Below are positions 28,076 through 36,431 of a stretch of DNA of 54,237 nucleotides, piece by piece (positions within the stretch are counted from its first letter, which is position 1; each line of letters starts with the position of its first letter). A program made the position numbers and the translations under genes. Source of the stretch: Spirochaetota bacterium (GTDB taxonomy: Bacteria; Spirochaetota; Spirochaetia; Treponematales; UBA12059); contig JAKPMS010000010.1 of assembly GCA_029548805.1 (NCBI GenBank), positions 1 to 54,237 of the forward strand. The letters are read 5' to 3'. Under the pieces are notes generated by a model. That model saw only the letters and a program-made list of their open reading frames with translations. It made no database searches and was not told where the DNA came from.

Positions 28076-28975
28076 GTGAATGATGTTTTTAAGTTTTTAA
28101 AACTTGGGCTTGTCCCCAGACTTGCATTTGCCGTTCTCCTTTATTGTGTAGCGCTTGTTGCGGAGATAATGACCGGCAATATGCTGCCCGGCTTGCCTTT
28201 CATTTTTGCCGCATGGTTTTTACTGGCCTTAAAACCGGCCAGCAACAAGCCAAAAGATATAGGCCTGGAAGAATGGCGGCCCGTAAGTGACGGAGAAGTA
28301 AACCGTATATCGGACAGTCTCCTAAGGTCCCGCAAACTTGGAAGATCTGGCAAGTCCAAAACGGCAGCTAGTGTTTTTCTTGTTGTTCTGTTGTTGTTTT
28401 TTTCTTTTGTGCTTACTGTTTCAAGAAACCCTGCCGGACCCGTTTTGTCCAAGCTGGCTTTTTTTGCAGTGCCTGGGTTGTTTTTTGGCAAAATTCGTGT
28501 TCATACACCCTTTGAATTGTCCAAAAAAATGCCCCGCATCCAGACTCTTTTGTCCCAGCCTTTAGGCAAAAACTACAGCTTTACTCCTTACCTGCGTTTT
28601 GACAAGGATACCGAGCAAAGGGACATTCCGGAAGACATAAGGCTGATGCTGGAAGCCAGGCAAAAACAGCAAGACTTTATCGGTGTTCAGTTTCAAATTT
28701 CCATCAACAATGGCGCAAACGGGCCGGTTCCGTACATGTACGCGGTGGTGCTTACCAAAGGCAGCAAAGGCACCAGTTACCAGTACTTTTCAAGGATGAA
28801 AACCAAAGGCTTTGTGCTGGAAGCAAGCGGGGGTTCAGAGTATGGTACGGTAGTTATCAGACAGAATACCGGAGGCCAGGGCTACCATACGACAGACATG
28901 GATTGTATAAGGCTGTTTGACCTTGTAATGGGGGGCTTGAAGGAGCTCGAACCAGGCAGTAAAGCCACAGCTTGA
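28076..28975 (+). CDS. Hypothetical polytopic membrane protein with a C-terminal soluble domain
   Basis: GTG start with AAGGAGG 7 nt upstream and a 15-nt gap after the rSAM gene. About four hydrophobic helices are followed by a ~150-aa soluble region. No motif recognised. Confidence 0.65.
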   Translation: MNDVFKFLKLGLVPRLAFAVLLYCVALVAEIMTGNMLPGLPFIFAAWFLLALKPASNKPKDIGLEEWRPVSDGEVNRISDSLLRSRKLGRSGKSKTAASVFLVVLLLFFSFVLTVSRNPAGPVLSKLAFFAVPGLFFGKIRVHTPFELSKKMPRIQTLLSQPLGKNYSFTPYLRFDKDTEQRDIPEDIRLMLEARQKQQDFIGVQFQISINNGANGPVPYMYAVVLTKGSKGTSYQYFSRMKTKGFVLEASGGSEYGTVVIRQNTGGQGYHTTDMDCIRLFDLVMGGLKELEPGSKATA

Positions 28976-29288
28976 GCTTGCAGCCTCCAAAAGCCCAAAA
29001 ATCCCCCAACAGAAGCATAAAATGGAAAAACAAAGGCGGAACTAAAACCAACAATGCTCAAAATAGCTGCAGCCTCCAGCCCCGGCTTGAAGGCCCAGGC
29101 AAAACCCCAATCAAAAGAACAAAAATATTGTATGCTGCCAGTACGAACATGTTGTCCCAGGCAATATAAAAAGTTTTTTTAAGAAAAAACCTGAACATAT
29201 CTTTACACTACCCTTTTGCCTGGCACCGGGCAAGCGCCATTAGCTGTATTTATGGCCCAATATCATGCATCTTGCTGCTTTAACAGTA

Positions 29289-29316
29289 TTGCAGTTCTGT
29301 ATTTATTGCATATACT
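29289..29316 (+). promoter_or_regulatory. Candidate sigma70-type promoter of the sugar ABC operon
   Basis: TTGCAG-N16-TATACT, about 40 nt upstream of the 29355 start. Confidence 0.35.
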
Positions 29317-29354
29317 TGCAATCAGGAAGAAAGTTTCTTTTATAGGAGGATTTA

Positions 29355-30653
29355 ATGAAACGTATTATTGCTTTTCTTTTGGTGCTTACCATTGCCCTGC
29401 CATTGTTTGCACAGGCTCCGGCAGTAGCAGCCCTTAAAGGTAAAAAGGTGGAAGTGGTCATCTGGACCCATGAGGATGCCAACAGGACAGCCCTGGAAAA
29501 ACGCCTGATAGACGAATTTGTAAAAGCAAACCCAGGGGTTACTGTTCAATATGTTACCCAGCCTTCCAGCAAGCTCAAAGATCTCTTGATAGCAGCCTTT
29601 GCTGCTAATGCCGGCCCGGATATTTTTAACCTTGAAATAAACGATGAGTATCCTTATATCGAACAGAAAAGGGTAGCCGAGGTTGATTACAAACTGGCAG
29701 GTTTCAAGGACATGAAGGATATGCAGGCAAAATATATGTCCGGCATGCTGGATCCGGTTACGGTCAAAAACAAAATTTATGGTTTGCCTCTGGAATTGAC
29801 CAATTGGGCCATTTATCTCAATAAAAAAATATTCAGGGATGCAGGACTTGACCCAGAAAAAGACTATCCCAAAACCTGGGAAGATGTAATGGCTGTCTCT
29901 GAAAAAATTGTAAAAAGAAACGGCCAAATCATTACCCGCCGTGGTTTTGACTTCCGTTATCCCTATTATCTTATTTCTGTTATGCCCATGGTGGAACAGC
30001 TAGGAGGAGAGCTGGTTTCCAAAGACGGCAAGAATGTTGTAACAAATGATGCAGCCTGGCTCAAGGTATTCAACTATTTCAAGGAATTTGGCCCTAACGG
30101 AAAAAACCTTGGTTCTCCAACCTATACTGCAGCCAGAAAAATTTTTGACAACGACAAAGATGAAATAGCCATGTCCCTGTCCGGGTTGTATCAGGAAGCC
30201 CGAATGAGAGAAGCCAATCCGGCTTTCTTTTCTTCTGGCGAATGGATGGTTATTCCGTACCCGCAGTGGAAAAATGCCGTAAAAAAAGTGCCCAACAACT
30301 ACTATGGCCATTATTACATGGTCAATATACAGGCTTCCAAACTAAAACAGCAGGCTTCCTGGGCTCTTCTTGGTTATATGCTAAGCCATGGAGAAGAATA
30401 TCTTAAAACTGTAGCTATTGTCCAACCCACGAAAGCCCTGTTTGAATCAAAAACCTTTAAAGACATGCCTTATTCCAGTGTTTTTGCACAAGACATGGCT
30501 GACGGGCACATTGTATATTACAGCGATGCAAGCCCAAAAATTGATGCTCTTCTTAAGGATGCCTTTGAGTCGGTTATGCTTTCAGGTGTAGATCCCAATG
30601 CTGCCCTGATCAAGCTGCGCAAAGAGGTAAAGGCAGCATTGGAAGATTTGTAA
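29355..30653 (+). CDS. Extracellular solute-binding protein of a carbohydrate ABC importer (family 1)
   Basis: Signal peptide and a TAGGAGGA RBS. It is 432 aa and is followed by two MalF/MalG-type permease genes. Confidence 0.85.
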   Translation: MKRIIAFLLVLTIALPLFAQAPAVAALKGKKVEVVIWTHEDANRTALEKRLIDEFVKANPGVTVQYVTQPSSKLKDLLIAAFAANAGPDIFNLEINDEYPYIEQKRVAEVDYKLAGFKDMKDMQAKYMSGMLDPVTVKNKIYGLPLELTNWAIYLNKKIFRDAGLDPEKDYPKTWEDVMAVSEKIVKRNGQIITRRGFDFRYPYYLISVMPMVEQLGGELVSKDGKNVVTNDAAWLKVFNYFKEFGPNGKNLGSPTYTAARKIFDNDKDEIAMSLSGLYQEARMREANPAFFSSGEWMVIPYPQWKNAVKKVPNNYYGHYYMVNIQASKLKQQASWALLGYMLSHGEEYLKTVAIVQPTKALFESKTFKDMPYSSVFAQDMADGHIVYYSDASPKIDALLKDAFESVMLSGVDPNAALIKLRKEVKAALEDL

Positions 30654-30754
30654 AATTGACTCTAAGCCTGAACCCATGAGATGATTGTTCCATCAGGAAG
30701 CAATGAAACAGTACTTGTTTTGTTGCTTCCTTTTGGTTTTTATGAAGGACCAAA

Positions 30755-31666
30755 ATGCAAAGAAAAAAAACTGCCATTGGTTTAGAAACCAAACTTGCCC
30801 GCTGGGGTTGGGTTTTTGTGGCACCAGGCCTGCTGTTTTTTGCCCTGTTTTCCTTTTATCCTATAGCCAATGCCATCTGGACAAGTTTTTTTAATAAAAA
30901 ACTGTTGTCTCTGGCTGCGCCTAAATTCATTGGCCTAGCAAATTATATCAGGGTATTGACTTCTGACGACTTCTGGAATTCAGCGCGAGCTACAATCACC
31001 TTTACTATAGGTGTTTTCATACCTATGTTTGTCATGAGCCTTTTGTTTGCCGCCATCATTACTTCCATGAAAAAAGGCAAAAGAATTTTTCAGGCAGCCT
31101 TGTATTCTCCTGCCGTTTTGTCTTCTGTTGTGGCAGCCCTTATTTGGCTTTTGATGCTTGACCCCAGGGGTCTTGCCAACCAATTCATGAACTGGCTGAG
31201 CATGAAACCGGGGACTGACTGGAAGTGGTTGGCTGATGCAAAAATGGTCCAGATATCCACAATGCTCGTATATATCTGGAAGTACCTTGGGTACTTTACC
31301 ATTTTGTTTGTTACTGGTATAGGAAAAATCCCCGAATCGGTAAATGAGGCCGCAATTATTGACGGAGCCGGTTCAATTAAACGATTTTTTTACATAACCC
31401 TGCCATTACTTAGGCCAACCATAGTACTGGTGGCTGTCATGATACTCATACAATGCATGAAAACTTTCAGCACACAGTATCTTTTTACTCAAAACGGGGC
31501 TCCTTTGGGGCCAATAAATGTAATTACACTCAATATTTACAATACCGCCATGAGGGATCTTAACATAGGCCGCGCAAGTGTAATGAGTACGCTTTTGTTC
31601 CTGTTGATGCTTGGCCTTACCTGGGTACAGCTAAGGCTGTCAAGAAAGAGCGAGGACAATTTATGA
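30755..31666 (+). CDS. Carbohydrate ABC transporter permease (MalF/UgpA-like)
   Basis: Six-TM protein with an EAA-loop-like motif (VNEAAIIDGAGSIKRFFYITLP). Confidence 0.9.
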   Translation: MQRKKTAIGLETKLARWGWVFVAPGLLFFALFSFYPIANAIWTSFFNKKLLSLAAPKFIGLANYIRVLTSDDFWNSARATITFTIGVFIPMFVMSLLFAAIITSMKKGKRIFQAALYSPAVLSSVVAALIWLLMLDPRGLANQFMNWLSMKPGTDWKWLADAKMVQISTMLVYIWKYLGYFTILFVTGIGKIPESVNEAAIIDGAGSIKRFFYITLPLLRPTIVLVAVMILIQCMKTFSTQYLFTQNGAPLGPINVITLNIYNTAMRDLNIGRASVMSTLLFLLMLGLTWVQLRLSRKSEDNL

Positions 31667-32517
31667 AGCTGACCAAGTCTGCTAGAGACCTGGCAAAAGC
31701 CATGCCCGGCATAATTGTTTTGCTGCTTGCCTGCACCATAGTTCTTATGCCCATGGTCTTCATGCTGACAGCATCCTTCATGCCAGCCTTGGATATAATG
31801 AGCATGCCGTATCCATGGTGGCCAAAGACCTGGAAGTTTGCAAATTATTTAAAAGCTATGGCCGGTAATGACGGCAACTGGATATTTATCAGAAATATTT
31901 TGAACTCGGTAATTGTGTCTACTACTATAGCCGTCACTACAGTAGTTCTTTCTTCCATGGTTGGTTATGGCCTGGCCAAGTTTCGTTTTAAGGGTAGAAA
32001 TGCTGTTTTTATGGTCATTATGGGAACCATGATGATACCCTTTGAAACCATCATGATTCCGCTATACCTTATTGTGGTTAAAATAAGGATACACGACAGC
32101 TATGCCGGCCTTATATTGCCTTTTTTGATGAATGCTTTTGGTGTCTTTATTATGAGGCAATACCTGGTTAGTTTTCCGGATCAGATACTGGACGCTGCCC
32201 GTATTGACGGCTGTTCAGAGCCAAAAATCTTTTGGGATATGGTTTTTAAAAATTCGGGTCCGGCCATTGCAACCTTGGCAGTTTTGTCTTTTAGGCAGCA
32301 ATGGGACAATCTCCTGTGGCCGCTTTTGGTGGCCCAGTCCGAAAAAATGAAAACTATTCCCGCATATATTGTAAAGTTTACAGCAGAAAAACATACTGAC
32401 GAAGGAGCCATGATGGCAGTTGCTGTTATAGCTTCCCTGCCCATATTTGCCTTGTTTTTCTTTTTGTCCAAATATTTTCTTGGGGGCTCGTCAGTTTATC
32501 AAGCCGGAAAGGAATAA
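31663..32517 (+). CDS. Carbohydrate ABC transporter permease (MalG/UgpE-like)
   Basis: ATGA overlap with the upstream gene and an EAA-loop-like motif (LDAARIDGCSEPKIFWDMV). Confidence 0.9.
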   Translation: MKLTKSARDLAKAMPGIIVLLLACTIVLMPMVFMLTASFMPALDIMSMPYPWWPKTWKFANYLKAMAGNDGNWIFIRNILNSVIVSTTIAVTTVVLSSMVGYGLAKFRFKGRNAVFMVIMGTMMIPFETIMIPLYLIVVKIRIHDSYAGLILPFLMNAFGVFIMRQYLVSFPDQILDAARIDGCSEPKIFWDMVFKNSGPAIATLAVLSFRQQWDNLLWPLLVAQSEKMKTIPAYIVKFTAEKHTDEGAMMAVAVIASLPIFALFFFLSKYFLGGSSVYQAGKE

Positions 32518-32664
32518 GCATTTATCAGAAGCTTTACCTAAATACTGTAGTTACTGCCCCAAAGCTTATTGTTACAGCTTTTTTCTACAAAAACGCTGCT
32601 ATATAGCGTATAGGACTGGGCACCTTTATACGATATATAATGCTTGTCCAGAAAAACACTAGGG

Positions 32665-32772
32665 GACCTCTAAAAACTTCAGTTTTTAGAGGTCTACCAC
32701 TATGTAAGTGTAAATCCTGTAAGGATTTACAAAGGGCACCTCGAAAAATTAAACGAGTTTTTAGAGGTGCCC
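32665..32772. repeat. Cluster of three intergenic hairpins, two of which are copies of a palindromic element
   Basis: Stems: 13 bp at 32665-32677/32682-32694, 10 bp at 32709-32718/32722-32731, and 15 bp with one mismatch at 32734-32748/32758-32772. The first and third share CCTCTAAAAA...TTTTTAGAGG. Confidence 0.8.
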
Positions 32773-32799
32773 GCTAATCTTTGGGGAAATACACATGAA

Positions 32800-34629
32800 T
32801 CAGCGCTCTCCAAGCAGACTTTTAAGTTCCTGAATATCCTTGACCAGCCTTGAGCGGTCCAGGTTTTGGAAGCGCTTTGGCACCATTTCCTTGCTTGTAC
32901 ACTCAATTACTGCTACCAGATTTTGAAGCTCAATTTCGTGCGGGTATGCTGGAGGAACAAAGTCGTTCATGGTTTCCTCAAGGTCCTCCCTGGTCACAAA
33001 GGTTCTGTTATCCATGGTTGCCCTTAGCTTGGCTCTTATCAGTACTGCTTCCAGGTCGGCCCCGGAAAACTCATGCTTGAAGCGTTTGAACAGTTCAGAA
33101 ATCGGAAATTTCCTGATGGAAAGATCCAGTTTTCTGGTAAGTACCTCAAAAAGCTCTTCCTTGTCCTTTTCGCTATCCGGATAGAAAAGAGCCAGATGCT
33201 CTTCGGCACGCCCTTGTCGTTTCATGTCTATAGGAAGCAAGTCTGGGCGGCAGGTTATTAGAAACCATATAATTTTGCCGCGATATTCGGTATTTCCCAT
33301 AAAGCTTGCCAGTTGGGCAAATATCCGGTTTGAGGTACCGGAGTCGCCATCCTGATCCCTGTCGCCAAGAAATGCATCAGCTTCATCTATCATTACAGCC
33401 ACTGGAGCCATGGCTTTAAGGATGGTAAGCACTTTCTCCAGATTGGATTCGGTAACCCCCTGCCATTTTGACCTGAAGTTTTTGAATTTGACCATGGGTA
33501 CGCCTATTTCGCCCGCAAAGGCGGATACCATAAAGCTTTTACCGGTACCAACCGGACCGGCTATCAGATAACCCATGGGTAACACATCCAGGCGGCCTTG
33601 CTTCAATGCTCGTGCGGCATACCTGAAGCGTTTTTTTACAAAATCATGACCGGACACAAAAGACAAGTTATGCTCTGTATCCAGGAATTCCAACAAGCCT
33701 CCGGCTTCCCCTTCAATTATTTCCCGCTTTTTGGCTTTGAGATAGTCCATGGAAATGGCTTTGTCTTCTTGCCAGCTTTCGGCTGCCAGCCTGTTAAGGT
33801 TTACCAGGTTAAGTCCTGATGTTATTGCTCCCACAGAGCCTGGACGAAGCCCTTTTTCCAGAAGCAGGGTTCCTTGGCTTTCTATAAATTCCAGAAAGGA
33901 GCTTCTTACTGTTTCATCGGGTATGGGAATTTCCAGTTTTATTGTAGACGGGCTGGCTACAATGCGAGGATTAAGATCCGATAGGTTTTCCGACAAAAGC
34001 AGGATGGAAACGTCTCCCTTGGTAAAAATCGGATCATGAGACCAGCGGTTCAGGGTCACAAAGGAGTAGCGGTCAGATTCGTCCATCTTGGACAAATCCG
34101 AAGCAGGAAGGACTGTTTCAGCATAATCTATTATAAGCACTATGCGTTTTTTTTCGGGGATATTCAAAAGGAAATACCGTTCCAGCATTTTAAAGGCTGT
34201 AAGCGGGTCGCTTGACAACAAGTCTTCTTCATCAAGGTCTGGGAAACGTTCCCTCATCATTTTAAGATACGCTTTGCGCATTTCCGGCAGGCAAAAAGAA
34301 ATACCGCTGGAGCGATCCCAAAAAATAATTATATCCCTGTTGCCGAACAATACTTCAGAAATGTAATCTTGTATTTTTACAAAGGTGAATTCGCCCTCAT
34401 TCATTTTGTGCGGCAAAAAATCCCTTATATTTCCATGAACAATGTATAAATTGGCCGTTTTTGAGCAATATTTGTATGAAAGCTCTTGGGCCCATGCAGG
34501 CAAGATTTTTATAAAAGGCAGGTTTTTTACTATTAACTGGTCTTTCATTTTCTCCTCTGGAACATAGTATTGGTTTAATTGAAACCAGGCAATAAGCTTT
34601 TGCTTTTCCTGTAAAAAGTCAGGACCCAT
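32800..34629 (-). CDS. AAA+ family ATPase with a ~330-aa N-terminal region of unknown function
   Basis: Walker A GPVGTGKS, Walker B VAVMIDEADAF and a classic-clade AAA module lie in the C-terminal half. Confidence 0.8.
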   Translation of the reverse strand: MGPDFLQEKQKLIAWFQLNQYYVPEEKMKDQLIVKNLPFIKILPAWAQELSYKYCSKTANLYIVHGNIRDFLPHKMNEGEFTFVKIQDYISEVLFGNRDIIIFWDRSSGISFCLPEMRKAYLKMMRERFPDLDEEDLLSSDPLTAFKMLERYFLLNIPEKKRIVLIIDYAETVLPASDLSKMDESDRYSFVTLNRWSHDPIFTKGDVSILLLSENLSDLNPRIVASPSTIKLEIPIPDETVRSSFLEFIESQGTLLLEKGLRPGSVGAITSGLNLVNLNRLAAESWQEDKAISMDYLKAKKREIIEGEAGGLLEFLDTEHNLSFVSGHDFVKKRFRYAARALKQGRLDVLPMGYLIAGPVGTGKSFMVSAFAGEIGVPMVKFKNFRSKWQGVTESNLEKVLTILKAMAPVAVMIDEADAFLGDRDQDGDSGTSNRIFAQLASFMGNTEYRGKIIWFLITCRPDLLPIDMKRQGRAEEHLALFYPDSEKDKEELFEVLTRKLDLSIRKFPISELFKRFKHEFSGADLEAVLIRAKLRATMDNRTFVTREDLEETMNDFVPPAYPHEIELQNLVAVIECTSKEMVPKRFQNLDRSRLVKDIQELKSLLGER

Positions 34630-34698
34630 ATACGTATTGAGTCAATTGCAGCATATATGTTAAAGTAATTTTGATTTCAAGTAAAAGGAGCTTGTATT

Positions 34699-34869
34699 AT
34701 GGCATACAAGGTTACCGATGCCTGCGTAAACTGCGGAGCATGTGATCCTGAATGTCCGGTTGAGGCTATCAGCGAAAAGGATGGCTTTCGCTGGATTGAT
34801 CCGGACAAATGCACTGACTGTGGTTCTTGCGCAGCAGTTTGCCCCACGGAGGCAATAATCCAGGGCTAA
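34699..34869 (+). CDS. fdx: 2x[4Fe-4S] ferredoxin (56 aa), absent from the ORF track
   Basis: Hand translation gives MAYKVTDACVNCGACDPECPVEAISEKDGFRWIDPDKCTDCGSCAAVCPTEAIIQG, with two CxxCxxCxxxCP motifs. An AAGGAG RBS lies upstream and a terminator downstream. Confidence 0.85.
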   Translation: MAYKVTDACVNCGACDPECPVEAISEKDGFRWIDPDKCTDCGSCAAVCPTEAIIQG

Positions 34870-34903
34870 GCCCCGAGCATAGCCAGGGCTATGCCCGATA
34901 ATG

Positions 34904-34934
34904 AGCCCCAGGCAAAAAGCTTGGGGCTTTTTTT
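34904..34934. terminator. Bidirectional terminator shared by the ferredoxin gene and arcA
   Basis: AGCCCCAGGC-AAAAA-GCTTGGGGCT followed by T7. Confidence 0.75.
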
Positions 34935-36174
34935 ATTCTCTTTCAATCGGGCAAGTCATGCAACGTGCGCCGCCGCCGCCTCTGGCCAGCTCTATTCCGT
35001 CAAAGCCTACAGCCAGCCGTCCGTATGACAGCGGATCCTCCTTTTTTTCCAAAAAATTTTTTGCAGACTTAATTTCAAATCCGGCTCTATGCAATGCTTC
35101 CAGTGTATATACATTGCATGAGTACATTATTATTTTCCCGGGAGCAAAGGCAAAGGAGTTGGCTCCGGACATCCATTGCTCCCTTTCCTGTCTTAAAGGA
35201 TCACTGCCGCCAGTCAGTACGGGCTGCAGGTCCATCCCGCAGGATTTCAAGCCGGATAACAGTGAGTCGGCTTCTGATATTATTGTGTTTTTGCCCGGGG
35301 CAATATCCATTCTTAAAACCCTGGCCCTTTTTGGGCCCAGAATTAGAGGCTCATAAACAAGACAGGCGTCACTGTCAATTACTGTAAAAACCATATCCAG
35401 GTGAATTGTAGCTCTGGCTACAGGCAGAATAACTGCAAAAATTGTAACTTCTTCTCCAAAAATCTCCGCTATGGCTTTGGCGAGCAGATCCAGAGCTGCA
35501 GCACTTGTCCTTTCAGACACACCTATAGCCAGCAGTTTGCCGGAAATTGCCTGAAAATCACCGCCTTCCAAAGAAAAACCGTCTTTTACCAAAGAAGGCC
35601 CATCCAGCAGCATCCCGCCTCCTTTAAAATCAGGGTGATTCTCAAAAACAAAACGGTTAATTAGCGCTTCAGCACGCCTTACAGGAAAACGCATGGAGGA
35701 AAAAATGGACCTGTTCTTAAAAACCATGACAGCATCACGCATAAAATACATATTGGGCAGGGGCAAAATATCATGCTCCCTGTTGCTTAAAAAATCTGTC
35801 AAACTGGAATGCCTGGCAAGCAAACCGCTTATGGATATTTGGGCCAGTGTTTTGGCATCCATGTCTGCCAGCTCCTCCTGCCTTCTATCCTGTTTATAAT
35901 GGCTGCTTAAAAGTTTTGAAAATTCCTTTCTTTGTGCGGGCTTGCTTAATACTTCAGTTAAAAGGTCCTTTAGTTCGTAAACATCAGAAACTATGCCCAG
36001 AAATTGTTTTAACTCTTCATGCTCCTTTTTTACAATTTCAAGCGGAATGATATCATTATACAGTTCTTCTTCAGCCATGCTGGGGCGCATAGCCTCTACT
36101 TCTGCCCCCGGACTATGGACAATTACTCTGCGCAATCGTCCGGTTTCAGAAAGAATGTTCAGCTTTCTAGCCAT
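34933..36174 (-). CDS. arcA: Arginine deiminase
   Basis: C-terminal GGGGARCMTCPIERE contains the catalytic Cys. I prefer the start at 36174 (MARKLNILSETGRLRRVIVHSPG) because an AAAGGGGG RBS precedes it. The ORF-track N-terminal extension runs into a duplicated segment. Confidence 0.9.
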   Translation of the reverse strand: MARKLNILSETGRLRRVIVHSPGAEVEAMRPSMAEEELYNDIIPLEIVKKEHEELKQFLGIVSDVYELKDLLTEVLSKPAQRKEFSKLLSSHYKQDRRQEELADMDAKTLAQISISGLLARHSSLTDFLSNREHDILPLPNMYFMRDAVMVFKNRSIFSSMRFPVRRAEALINRFVFENHPDFKGGGMLLDGPSLVKDGFSLEGGDFQAISGKLLAIGVSERTSAAALDLLAKAIAEIFGEEVTIFAVILPVARATIHLDMVFTVIDSDACLVYEPLILGPKRARVLRMDIAPGKNTIISEADSLLSGLKSCGMDLQPVLTGGSDPLRQEREQWMSGANSFAFAPGKIIMYSCNVYTLEALHRAGFEIKSAKNFLEKKEDPLSYGRLAVGFDGIELARGGGGARCMTCPIERE

Positions 36175-36225
36175 TACAATAGCCCCCTTTTTCACAGCAT
36201 AACAACAGTAACAAAACAGAACAAG

Positions 36226-36298
36226 CTCAAGTGCGAAACCGCTGCCACAGTAACTTAGCGAACTTTTATTAAGAACAGCCGGTTGTACTCCCGCAGGT
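36226..36298. repeat. Direct repeat copy A (duplicate of the nrdJ 3' end plus 43 nt of downstream sequence)
   Basis: 71 of 73 nt are identical to 36359-36431, at an offset of 133 nt. Confidence 0.95.
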
Positions 36299-36358
36299 CT
36301 CATCGCCAAGCTACACTTGGCGTGTCAATTCCGGTTCCGGAATTGCGTTTGCTTCAGC

Positions 36359-36431
36359 CTCAAGTGCGAAACCGCTGCCACAGTAACTCAGCGACCTTTT
36401 ATTAAGAACAGCCGGTTGTACTCCCGCAGGT
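36359..36431. repeat. Direct repeat copy B, spanning the nrdJ stop codon
   Basis: Includes the last 30 nt of nrdJ. It lies within a perfect 16-bp inverted repeat (36358-36373 / 36429-36444). Confidence 0.95.

Noticed and set aside
29055-29060. The in-frame TGA in the small minus-strand ORF could be a selenocysteine or read-through codon.
   Set aside because: No SECIS-like hairpin follows the TGA, and the context is a hydrophobic segment rather than a redox motif. Gene decay or a non-coding spacer is more likely.
32665-32772. GTTTTTAGAGG... superficially resembles the start of type II CRISPR repeats, raising the possibility of a degenerate CRISPR array.
   Set aside because: The copies are in inverted, not direct, orientation and form self-complementary hairpins. 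There is no regular repeat-spacer periodicity, and no cas genes are in the window.
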